From assembly GCA_973895155.1 (NCBI GenBank), contig OZ316891.1, forward strand, positions 27,025,972 to 27,089,971: a DNA stretch of 64,000 nucleotides. The letters are read 5' to 3'. This document shows, in pieces, positions 39,801 through 50,900 of this stretch. Under the pieces are notes generated by a model. That model was not told the origin of the DNA, did no database searches, and saw only the letters and a program-made list of their open reading frames with translations. The position numbers and the translations under genes are program-made. Source of the DNA: Marsupella aquatica (taxonomy: Eukaryota; Plantae; Marchantiophyta). How positions within the stretch are numbered: position 1 is the first letter of the stretch; each line of letters starts with the position of its first letter.

Positions 39801-42618
39801 AAGCAACTGCGTGATGTGCCCTTGAGTGAATGTCTCTTGGAGGAGCTGCGAAGTGGTGAAAGGGGAAGGAGGTGAGCTCGGGCCTGGAAGCAATGTGCTT
39901 CTCCAACATTTTTGCACAATGCAATGCTGCTCAATCGTTTATCCTTCCTCTAAAGCTGAGTGTGATGCATCGACCTTTGACGAGAGTATCTGCATTACAG
40001 TTTGCTACATACGGCTGCTCTCTGTGTGGCAATCGCCAATAGCTAGCGCAATGGAGGGTTTGACGTCAACTTTGAGTCATTGATCAGTGCACACTACATC
40101 GCTCTCCCTTTGCTAAACCCTTTCTTTTGGCTTGGTTCTTGGTGCCTTTGGCATAGGAGCGACGTTATTGCTAATCAACTCCCGAATCAACTTTGGAGGT
40201 GCGGGTTAGAAGGGGTTGGAGAGAGGAGGTCCAAACCGAGAATGCCCTTCACCGTCAATGGTTTCTACTAGTCCCGGCCATGCAGCTGAAAGTGCGCTTC
40301 TTTCAGGTGTCGTAGCATTCTGCCAGCCGGGTGCTTGGACTGCAGAGAAGAGCAGCCACAGTCATTCAGTTCTTCTCCTAGCTCAGCTGCGCATTGTCAA
40401 CCATCGAGCGCTGCTGCGCGCTAGCTGTGAACCCCAAGAGGAGCTGCGACAAGGAGGAGATGCAACCAAGAGGAGATGCGACCAAGAGAAGCTGCTGCAT
40501 CCCACATTGAGTTGGACATTGAGGTAGGGACGTGAGCTACGCACTTTCAACCATCAAGCAACCACCAAGCTCGGCAGCGCTCTGGGATTTGTTGGCCACA
40601 ACAGACAAAGCGGAAGACAAAGGTGAGTGTTCGTGCACCGTTAGAGTAACCGCAAGTACTCTATTACATGCCTCGTTGTTCTCTATTACATGCCTTGTTC
40701 TCCCGCCCACTGTTTCCTGCGATTTTCTTTCTTCCATAAGAGAATGGTGATTTCTTCTTCTATCAAACAAAACCCCACCCAACCACCACACAAGAACGTG
40801 GGGTGCGCGCTTCTTAATCCTCCTCAAACTGGCCCATTGTTCATTGAAACCCCACATATTACCCACCGGCACCAAGGGTCCAGTCCCAACCCGTCTTCCG
40901 CTCCCCACCATCTTCACTCTCTCGCGCATCTATCTCCTGAACGGCGTCGCTCTCCCTTAGACGCAGAATGCTCCGCTGTGATATTGCCTCCAACTTTTCT
41001 AGTGCAATCTAGGCAATTAGACTGCTTTTGCGAAAACTGCCCTTCTTAAAAGTGAGCAATACTAATAAGCCCCGGGGGTGGAGCGTTTGTTACGATGGCC
41101 GTGGACCTACCGTGGGCTATGGTAGAACACTCTATTGTCTATGATGATTCTGAATCTGCTTGAACTGCGAGTGGATGTGCTTTAAGGCAAACTTGTCGGA
41201 GAAATTAGAATGGGGGGACGGAGCTGTCAGTGCTTAGGTTGTGGCATTTTTGAGATTGTCAAGAGTAATCTGTGATCTCATTTCTAAATGGTTTGAGCTC
41301 CTCTGATGTGCATAGGAATCGGGCTGAGGAAAGCTTTTGGGAGCTATCATCGGAACTAGCTTTCGATCTATTTCTGCTACTTTTGAATTGGTACTTGGGA
41401 AGGCTTTGTATCGTTAAGCACTACAAGATTCACAGGCCAGACCTGCTTGCTAGTATGAGGGGCTTTGAAGGAATGTGTGGCCAGGGCTGATTAAGTATGG
41501 ATTAATTTTGCATTGCCTGAGATACTGAAACTGCCACCCGCTTTGTTTCAATGCCTTTGATATTAATTGTTAATATCTCAAGAGGGTCGTCAACTAAGCT
41601 GAAAGGAGTCAAAGCTAACTACAAGCTAGCAAATACAGAGAATGCTCCCAAGTCGAGTCAGGAGGAAGTTACTAAAACTAGACCTTCACAACTCTCGAAA
41701 CTGGAAAGTGAAATTCAGCGTGAGACACGTAGTTGAAGGCCACAAGGATAACTATATGGCCACGCTGTCCCCCATTCAAGTCCAAAGTCCTCTTCAGATT
41801 GTCTGAACTCCTATTGAATGTATTGAATAATTATTTCATCACAGAAATTTTCAGAACAAACACGAAAGCACCAGGGGGCTGAGGATTGGATATTGAGGCT
41901 GAAGACATTGAGGTCATAAACTAGGTGTGGTTCGGGTGACAATGTTAGCAACTGATGCTTCTTCAGGGGAACTTCCCATGTGCAGTTTATCCACACATGA
42001 TTGACTTTGGTTCTTGCTATTTTTCTTTTGGTGTACTCTTGAGTTTGATGTCACTCTATCCTTTCCTGTAGCCTCGAAATAGGAACACACCTGCTTAGTG
42101 GTCCCCAATCGCCCAATGATTTATAATGACTGTGTCTAGGTGATGTATGCATTGCGTGTTCATTCCAGAAGAATGAATATGTACACTTTGCACAAACCTG
42201 GACAGATTTTGAATGTTATTTATCTGAGTTTCTGTTTGTGAGCTCTAACTTGGAGCCTTAACATTTGTGTTTCTGTGGGGCTGAGCAGAGTTTGTTCCGT
42301 CTAGAAGCTGCTGTACTGAAGTGATCAGCCTCCGGCTTGGAGGTGAATCTTCAATTTTTTGTGGATTCGAGTGACTTCTGTCCAGCTGAGTTTTGCTTTG
42401 TCGGGACGATTGTGTTTGGCTAAGATGCTAGATTGTGGCTTGTCTTCTTGCTTCCAGCTTGTGTATTTTCAATTAATAGAAGTTGGGAACGAAGTGATAA
42501 TTGAATTTCCTTATATTAAGCATCTTCACCTAGAAACTCAATACATAAACTCCAGGATTCCCTCGGGACATAAAATGAGCCAAATTGTCTCAAAATTGGG
42601 AACTTGCACCCGCACTAC

Positions 42619-42961
42619 TCAAACAATTGTGTTGGGCTTGGTGGCCTTGTAAGTCTTCTTTAGCTTTCGCAATGGAGGTTGAATCTTGCAGTACGTCAAG
42701 GGGAACTTGATCTTTGAATCATGGAACTGCTTGGTACTTTCTCGCTTGCACAGAGAGACAGGGACTGTCGTAGTCTTCATGATCTGGATGCAAGGGAACC
42801 GAACTCTATGACAAGAAGCCATCTCATCATACATCTGCTCTGCAGCTCCGTTTCTTGTGGTATCACAATATTCCTTGTACATGTTGTGATAACCTGTACG
42901 ACTCTGATACGTGGACCCAGATACCGAAGTTCTTAATTGTGGTGGGCTTCTTTTCGAAGAT
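42619..42961 (-). pseudogene. RPL18A: Captured last exon of 60S ribosomal protein L18a (eL20), frameshifted
   Basis: [15 protein letters not shown] / [57 protein letters not shown]. Preceded by a CAG splice acceptor. Confidence 0.92.
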
Positions 42962-43969
42962 CTGGTAGACACATTATTCAGCATTTGCTAACTTCGAAAC
43001 TAGAAGGGTAACACATTAAACAACAGAGAAACTCACAACATCCTCCTTTGGTCCTTCAGAGTCTGTACTTTGATTCTGAAGTTTGACTGAGTTTTTGTTT
43101 ACTAAAAGAATGTGACTGTGTAAGAGTTCCATTTGGCAGTGGATTGGTTGAAGCACTTCATGCTAGTGTGTTGTCCACAGCTCTTCAACTAGCTTTCGTC
43201 TTCCTTGTCTTTCACCACTTACGATGACATCAATTCAGCTAAGACCATAGAAGGTTCCAAAGCATCTAACTTGTAAAATCGCATTCTGTTACATCAAGGA
43301 CTAAGGTGTTGGGTGCCAAAGGAGACAGCACAACAAACACGCTGAAAAGACTTCAGGACTGGGTTCAACAAGGTAGTGAAGGTGCTTAGAGCCATAGTAA
43401 GTATGCATTCTGTATCTTTCTCTGTTGATGTGAGCTTGTGCATAATGGGAGTTGTAGTTGGCAAGAGTTCCAAATATGAATAGATCCAGAAGTATGTGAT
43501 CATGTACTTGCTCTATAAAGTTCTGAAGATATAAGCATTTTCTGTTAGACCAGGCAACTTGGGAGTTGGTAAGTGTCACCTGCATCTGAGGGGCTACACC
43601 GGGGCATCAGTGGAGGTTCACTTGCACAACACGACAACCAGTGAATTTTCTCTCTACTGCAACCTGCAAGGTGAGACTTTCGGTCTTTCTGGATGAAAAA
43701 ACAGGAGTTTAATATGATTGATATACATGTCCGTCGAGAATATGGGTTTATCACCAAGCTCTTTGTCTTAGGAAACTCATAAACTCAGAATCAAATATGT
43801 ACTATGCACGTTTCATGCTATGTGTATACTATGACCTGTAGTTGGAACCAAGACAATGAGTGGGAACTGATTAGTTTAGGTGGTTGTTGTTGGCGAGGCA
43901 AGTCGACCTCCTGCTCACCTTGCTCATCAAAGGACGTGAACAGAGGACATCACAACGAAAGCAACACTT

Positions 43970-44419
43970 ATGGTGAGGACCCGCAACGCTGAACATGTGC
44001 GACTTGCACGCAAGGCAGAGATGTTGCGCCTTGAGTATGTCAGACTTGGGATCCTTCCAGCCCAGTCTGCATGGTACTTTGAGTACCCTGTTGTTTCCAG
44101 GAACAACTACAGTCGGCCTCTACCTGCTTCAGTACCCTTCCCGACATCCTTGGTATTTGTGTCTCTTGTACATGACCCGCCACAAATTAGGTGCCAAGGG
44201 TGTGTACACAGTTGCCAATATGACTGTCCTGCCTGTAGGGCTTCTGGCCCAGAATTGGATGACCGTTCTCTTGGATACCGATTTTTGCACAGAGCACAAT
44301 GTATCATCTGGAACCACTCGCCATCCTGCAGTGTGCCTGGTGATGTCACTTGTCCTGCCCTCCCAGACCCCACCACCGGTGACTTTGGTGTCTACACATG
44401 TTTGGATCACATGCTCTAG
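43970..44419 (+). CDS. Small Cys/His-rich protein of unknown function (CACTA cargo)
   Basis: ATG-started 149-aa ORF with CxxCxHxCxxxCxxC and further His/Cys pairs. It sits in a GC-richer island and is co-oriented with the other cargo ORFs. Confidence 0.45.
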   Translation: MVRTRNAEHVRLARKAEMLRLEYVRLGILPAQSAWYFEYPVVSRNNYSRPLPASVPFPTSLVFVSLVHDPPQIRCQGCVHSCQYDCPACRASGPELDDRSLGYRFLHRAQCIIWNHSPSCSVPGDVTCPALPDPTTGDFGVYTCLDHML

Positions 44420-45034
44420 AGGACCACTTGTCACACCGCATGCACAGACCAGATACCATTGACCTATAGCTTAACACTCTGACTTCAACACAGAGGATAT
44501 TTACTTAAAATTTTGATGTATGAGCAATTTTGGGTCCAGGGTTTAGGGTCAACAGTACATAACTTATATCCTATTATGCCTGCACTAAGCAAAATATCCT
44601 AATTTAAGAGGCTAGCAAACTCGCATAAAAGTCTCTATTGAAAGACTGCTTTCATGACTGCTTTAACCTGGTGAACATTGCAACGTTCAATGAATTAATG
44701 GGCCATGTGATAATATGAAAAATGATTTATGCCTCACTTATTTGTCTCAGCCACTATCATAACCTATTTAGGATGTATAAATTTCAACCCTTATGACACT
44801 GCTTCATACCAATCCTCTTCGAAGAATGCCTGTTTTACATGTCACAACTATTGTATGTGATTCAAATGCATGAAATGTTGTTGCAGATCTCCTTTGGTGA
44901 ATCATAGCCACAATTAAAATTGCGGTGTTGGTGGAGAAATTGTATTAGGGGATCAGTTTTGTGTGTGGGCTCAACATACCAAAAGTATGTGTGCTCTGCA
45001 TCCTTGTGTGGCCATTCCAATTCATTGCAGTAGC

Positions 45035-45178
45035 AAATGCCTTTGTACCTTAAATGCTAAATATATTTTACTTTCTGTGCAGTCTGCTAAATTGTAGAGT
45101 CTATCTAAATGCCTTTGTACCTTAAATGCTAAATATATTTTACTTTCTGTACAGTCTGCTAAATTGTAGAGTCTATCT
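45035..45178 (+). repeat. Tandem duplication of a 72-bp unit just upstream of the PHD ORF
   Basis: AAATGCCTTTGTACC...GTAGAGTCTATCT occurs twice with one mismatch. Confidence 0.92.
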
Positions 45179-45189
45179 CATGCGCAGGC

Positions 45190-45870
45190 ATGGCACGGCC
45201 TAAAATTCAAGCCAAAAAGCGTGTGACAGAGGTGAGAAACACAGGTGTACTTGGGGCAGATGCTACTAACTTCTCTGCAAGTCAGATTTTCCAGAAGGCA
45301 GCTCATTGTTGTGCCATTTGTGACGATGGTGGGGGCCTGGTCATTTGTGAGGGCCCTTGCATGAGGCATTTCCACCTCAACCCGGAGTCTGACCTTGCTG
45401 CAGAAAACAACTGTCCAGGGGTGGGCCTCCCGTCAACACACCAGGGAGACTGGATGTGCACTGATTGTTTGGAGAAGCAGGCTAAGTGTGCACAGTGTGG
45501 GAAGTTGGGGTCCTATGAGGGCTCTGTTAATGCTGCAGCAAATGTTAGGAAATGTCCAGACCGTTTTTGTGTGAGATTTTTCTGTTTTGAGTGTTTGCCT
45601 GCTCATGCCACAGCTTGCCCACTTCATAGGTGCAAGGCATGTGGTGAGCATGATGATGACTACTGGACTGACATAGTCCACTGTGCTAGGTGTCCCACTA
45701 TGTGGCACTATCATTGCCTGAAAGATCATCAAGCAGAGGGTTATGCTTGTGACAGAGAAATCTATGATCACTCTGCACATGGTGTTGATCGATGGATATT
45801 TTATTGTCATCGCCATGCCATTGATCCTACCTCGCGCACTCCTGTGAGAGATCACATATCTTGGCTGTGA
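45190..45870 (+). CDS. EDM2-like tandem PHD-finger protein (stand-alone cassette, CACTA cargo)
   Basis: CAICDDGG..CEGPCMRHFH..C..CTDC, CAQCGKLGS..C...C...C..C, CPLHRCKAC..CARCPTMWHYHC and YCHRHAID...TPVRDH match the PHD region of plant EDM2 as I recall it. Confidence 0.85.
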   Translation: MARPKIQAKKRVTEVRNTGVLGADATNFSASQIFQKAAHCCAICDDGGGLVICEGPCMRHFHLNPESDLAAENNCPGVGLPSTHQGDWMCTDCLEKQAKCAQCGKLGSYEGSVNAAANVRKCPDRFCVRFFCFECLPAHATACPLHRCKACGEHDDDYWTDIVHCARCPTMWHYHCLKDHQAEGYACDREIYDHSAHGVDRWIFYCHRHAIDPTSRTPVRDHISWL

Positions 45871-46462
45871 AGCTGAACATTGTACATGCACAGTGCACCT
45901 GATGTGGATGTACTATTTTTTGAGATTGCAGAGATTCCAATTTTGAAAAGGAGTTGGGTAGGCGAGTTTATATAGGCAGCACTTATCTTGTGCTCTGGCG
46001 TCAGTGGTTGGGTACATGCCTATACAAACTTATCCTTACAAGCCTTCTTGGAAGTATTTAGGCTGAGTGGTCATTTTCATAAACACTTTCATCAGACTGC
46101 TAAATTAAAACAGGACTTCTAAGTTGTAAGCGTATAAATTATCAGGCATGCAATTAATCAAATTGCCCTATAAGTTTGTCATTGAATGTATCCTCCTTTA
46201 CAACAAAATATGTATGTGCCATGACAAGTTGGTTGCACTTCATTTCACCACGGATATGGATTTTGTAGTATATATTCAAACAATGTCCTGCATCCGTGCA
46301 GGTGCCTAGTACATATTGTTCACATATCCCTTGTACCTATCAAAATCGGACCTGAGCACCAGTGGGCCAGATCAACTCAAAAAGCAGGAATTTTGTTGTC
46401 CTTGTATTGTCAGGTGAACCCATTCTTCCAAAATTCACTGTCATCACGTAGAGTGTGTGTAC

Positions 46463-47335
46463 ATGGAGCCTGGTAAACGTAGAAAGTGTGACCACCCAGC
46501 AGTGTTTACAGGGGTCAGAGCGATTTTGGTCCATGGCCAGCATGGGTTGACCAAAGTGCATTGGCCAACTGTACAGAAACGATTCTCTGAGCTCCATGGC
46601 ACTGTAGTTCAGGACATCACTCCAGAGACTACACATGTTGTTGCAGGGACATGGCTATCAGTGATAAAGAAGTGGTCATGGTCCTACATGAATTCTGCAA
46701 TTACTAAGCAAGGCCTAAAAGTAGTTGAGGCCTCTTGGATCACAGATTCCATAGCACATAAGATTGTACAGGATACTGAGCAATATGAGTTGTGGGAGGA
46801 TGAAGAAGCTTCTGCATCAGCTTGGGCTGAACAAGAAGTCTGGGAAGCAAAGGCACGGCTTGCTGATCTCCAATATGGACCTGTACTCAACAAAGGACAG
46901 AGCTCTACAAGGCTGAAGTGTATGTTGGCTGAGGAGACAAAGCAACCAACCCCCATTCTGAAAGGGCTGAGCATGGTATTTGTGGAGGCAGGAATTGGAG
47001 AGGTTAAGTGCAAAGTGTACAAGTCCACAGTGCTTGACCTAGGTGGGACAGTGGAGGAGAATATAACAGAGGACACCACTCATGTCATTACTAAGTCATA
47101 TCCCAAAGCCTGTCGCAAGTTTGGGAAGGGAGACATTCGCTTTTATGTCATGTCCCATAATGTGTTTGTGGTTTCATATGCTTGGCTTGTGGAATCAGTA
47201 GCAGCTGGGAAGCGTCAAAACCCAATGGACTATGATCTTTTTGAGGCCTGGCCACGGAAGGGTCAGGATCCTTACAGAGAGGACTATGAGACAACAAGTG
47301 AGGAATGGGTCATTAGCGATTCTGAATCAGAGTGA
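46463..47335 (+). CDS. Tandem BRCT-domain protein (CACTA cargo)
   Basis: Two internal repeats with BRCT hallmarks: VFTGV..HGTVVQDITPETTHVV..VVEASWITDSI and ILKGL..LGGTVEENITEDTTHVI..VVSYAWLVESV. First ATG at 46463. Confidence 0.85.
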   Translation: MEPGKRRKCDHPAVFTGVRAILVHGQHGLTKVHWPTVQKRFSELHGTVVQDITPETTHVVAGTWLSVIKKWSWSYMNSAITKQGLKVVEASWITDSIAHKIVQDTEQYELWEDEEASASAWAEQEVWEAKARLADLQYGPVLNKGQSSTRLKCMLAEETKQPTPILKGLSMVFVEAGIGEVKCKVYKSTVLDLGGTVEENITEDTTHVITKSYPKACRKFGKGDIRFYVMSHNVFVVSYAWLVESVAAGKRQNPMDYDLFEAWPRKGQDPYREDYETTSEEWVISDSESE

Positions 47336-47909
47336 GGAGTAGTAGCATCAGTTTGGACACAAGTTTTTTTGTATAAATCAGATCATTGAAATAAATGTGA
47401 TCTTTGAACTAATGTACCTTGTTATGGTTGGTGGCAGTTGGGCTTATTTTACTATTGGCGGATTGTTGTTTCCTGCTGCCTGGGGGTGTCACTGTAAACG
47501 TACATGCAGAGGCGGTACATTTGAGGACAGCGGAGGAGGTGGTGACACCCTCCAACATTTAGGAATTTTGTGTCATTCACTTGACAATAGGTACACTACT
47601 TGCGAACCTGTTTTTTTCTTTTGGGGTGGTTTAGGGTTTGTGAGAATTTAGTACACGTTATGTTAACTCTTTTGGCAGATACAGTCAGGGATATATGGAA
47701 CACAAATACCACCATTAGGCATCCTTGTTCACTGCTGTCCATGACTGCAGAGCTCCCAGCCTGTTACAATGCACCCTGGTCACCACCCTCCCCAGACCCA
47801 GCCCAGGGCACAGGCACTGCCTTTGCATCATCCCACAAGGATATCACGCCATGATAATAAGCTTTGGCAGCGTGAAAGGTTACGAACCAGACTTTCAGGA
47901 GCCAGTAGG

Positions 47910-50900
47910 ATGAGATGTCCTTGTGCAATCTGCCAAGGATCCCGTACCAGGGGTCTGAATGAGGTTTGGCGGCATATCGCGGTTCATGGAAGAGATCCAC
48001 GACATCGAGTTTGGAATGATCCTGCAGAGGAAGATTCTTCCGACGAGGAGTGGAGGTTAGAATTTGATGCTGCCAATGCTGCAAGACGGGCAAGTGAGGT
48101 TCTGCCTGGTGCATTTGAAAATGTTGTAGCTGGTGGTCTGTGGGTTGTCAGCTCTCCAACGGGATGGTGCTCAGGCAGCACCACGTGACGAAGGAATTCA
48201 TGTGGAAGAGATGGTGAGAGACATCTTCCAAGACTTGGATGCATTTCATGATGGGCTGGACAATGAAGAGGATACGGCTGCAGATGCAAGTGTGCCCCCT
48301 GTCGAAGAGCCTCTTGATGAGTTTGAGATAGGGCAGGAAACCCCTGGGCATGATGGGATGTTTGGCTCTCCCCTGCAAATACAGGAAGGCAGGAAGTCTT
48401 TGTACCCCGGTAGCAAATGTTCTAAACTGGGATTTGTCATCATGTTCCTGAACATTTGCGGCAACCACAATGTCCCCAACATTTTGGTTTCTGAGTTGTT
48501 GGCATTCTTGCGAACAACTGTGCTACCAGATGGTAATATTTTGCCCAAGAACATGTACGAGGCAAAAAGATGCATATCTAATCTTGGATTGAACTATGAT
48601 TCGATCCATGCCTGTCCTGATGGGCATGTTCTTTTCAGAAAGGAGTATAAAGAATCGTTGACATGCCCTAAGTGTGGGAAGCATAGGTATCGGAACTCAG
48701 GAAAGTCTATGGTTCCCGCCAAGGTACTTCGTCATTTTCCACTCATTCCCAGACTTCAACGGATGTTCAGAAGCCGTGCCATCTCGGAGATGATGACTTG
48801 GGCAACTGACAAGAAAAGTGATGATGGGCTACAACGACATGCTGCAGATTCAAGGCAATGGAAACTCATAGATGAGATGTATCCCGAATTTGCTGCTGAG
48901 CCGAGGAATGTCAGACTTGGGCTGTCATTGGATGGGGTAAACCCATTTGGAGACAAGAACAACAAATTTTCGTGCTGGCCTGTAACTATTTTGAATTATA
49001 ACCTTCCTCCTTGGATGACTACAAAGCGATTTTTTGTTCTGATGGTCCTACTGATACCAGGGCCAGACAGTGCTGTATCTGCCAACATAGATGTGTTTCT
49101 GGCTCCCCTAGTGGAGGAATTGAGAAAGCTTTGGGAGGAAGGAGTTCTCACATATGATGTCCTACAGAGGCTTGGGAGGTTAAACCCATTCATCCTTAGA
49201 GCCATTGTCATTCTGACTATAGCTGACTACCCAGCCCATGGGATGATATCAGGCCAAACAACAAAAGGATATTGTGCTTGTACTACTTGTGGGCGCAATG
49301 TCACCAGTGAGTACTCCAGAGCCCTGCAGAAAGTGATATACATGGGCCATCGTTGTTTTTTGAAGGCAGATCACCCTTACAGAGAAAGACAAGCACTGAT
49401 TGCACACTTTGGCAATGAGATTGAGCAACGTGGACCCCCGGCACGAGTGACCAAAGAGGAGATCAGGCAGTGGGGAGCACTGAGGGATGACTATATCAAA
49501 CGAGGGGGCAGGGAAGATGGAGTGAGTGATCCAATAAAGCGATATGGTGTAAAAAGACTGAGCATATTGGACTTGGAGCTCAAGTACTGGAGGGTAAGCC
49601 TCTTGGAGTTGATGCTAATTGGGATACATGTTTTGGTTCAGAGCATGTGCATTCATTTCGAAGAGAGAGACTAAACTTGAGGCATTTCCTGACGCTTTTG
49701 CATTGCAACGATGCAGGAGTTTGAGCCAAGCAAACATAACATTGATGTTATGCACATTGAAAAGAATATTTGTGAGAGTCTACTCAGATTCTTGTGTGGA
49801 GAGAAAGACACTGGTTCAGTGAGATTGGATCTTGAACAGAGGGGAATGAAACCCCATCTTTGGTTGAGGCCACATGCCCACAGAGCTGATGTGCTCTTGA
49901 AGTACCAAGCGCCCTATGTTCTGACAGACACAGAGTGGGAACTATTTGTGCAGAGGTTGAGTTCTTTGAAGGTTCCTTCAAACTATGGCAGTGCTTTCAA
50001 GAAGCATATCATGAATAGAAAGCTTGGTAGTATGAAAAGCCATGACTACCATATGTTGATGCAACAGGTGTTGCCTTTATGCCTGAGGGGCCTGTTGCAG
50101 AAGCCTGTTCGTACTGTGATCATGCGACTCAGTGATGTGTTTCGTCGTATTTGTGTGAAGGTTTGGGATGAAACACACTTCCCACAACTGACAGAAGATA
50201 TCGCTCAGGTGCTGTGTGACCTGGAGATTTATTTTCCTCCCGCATTTTTTGATGTCATGACCCACCTACTTGTCCATGTTGTGGAAGAGCTACACCAATT
50301 TGGGCCTGTGAGTGCTCGTTGGTTGTACCCTTTGGAACGGTACATGAAGCTACTCAAAGGTCACGTGAGAACATATTACAAACCTGAAGCAAGCATGGCT
50401 AAAGGTTACATCAAGGATGAGACTCTGGGATTTCTGACCGAATACATAGCACAATATGAGCATGTGAAGACCAGGGTGTGGAATTCTGATGAGGAGGAAG
50501 GGGTGATAGGTGAAGTACTGGAAGGGGCTGCAACCACAAAGAACCTGACCATATCTATGAGAGACTTGGCACATGACTTTGTATTGCACAACACTGTGGT
50601 GATGGAACCCTAGATACAGTGAGTGCATACATGTGCTATAATCCAGTTCATGAGCTTAAATGTTGTGTTCGTGTGGTTTTCTCCTTCAACCTGTTCATGT
50701 TTACCCAAGCTAATGCTGTGTGGTTGTTTGTTTAGGGAGTATGAGTCATTGAAGGCGGCCCATCCCACTGCAGGAACAACTTTTCCAGGTTTCATGGAGT
50801 GGATCAGAGTGGCAATTAGAGAGCATCACGAGACCCACCCAGACATGGATGCAGATGTTTACCTACTGTCTAATGCCCCTAGCCTGAAAGTGAAGACTTA

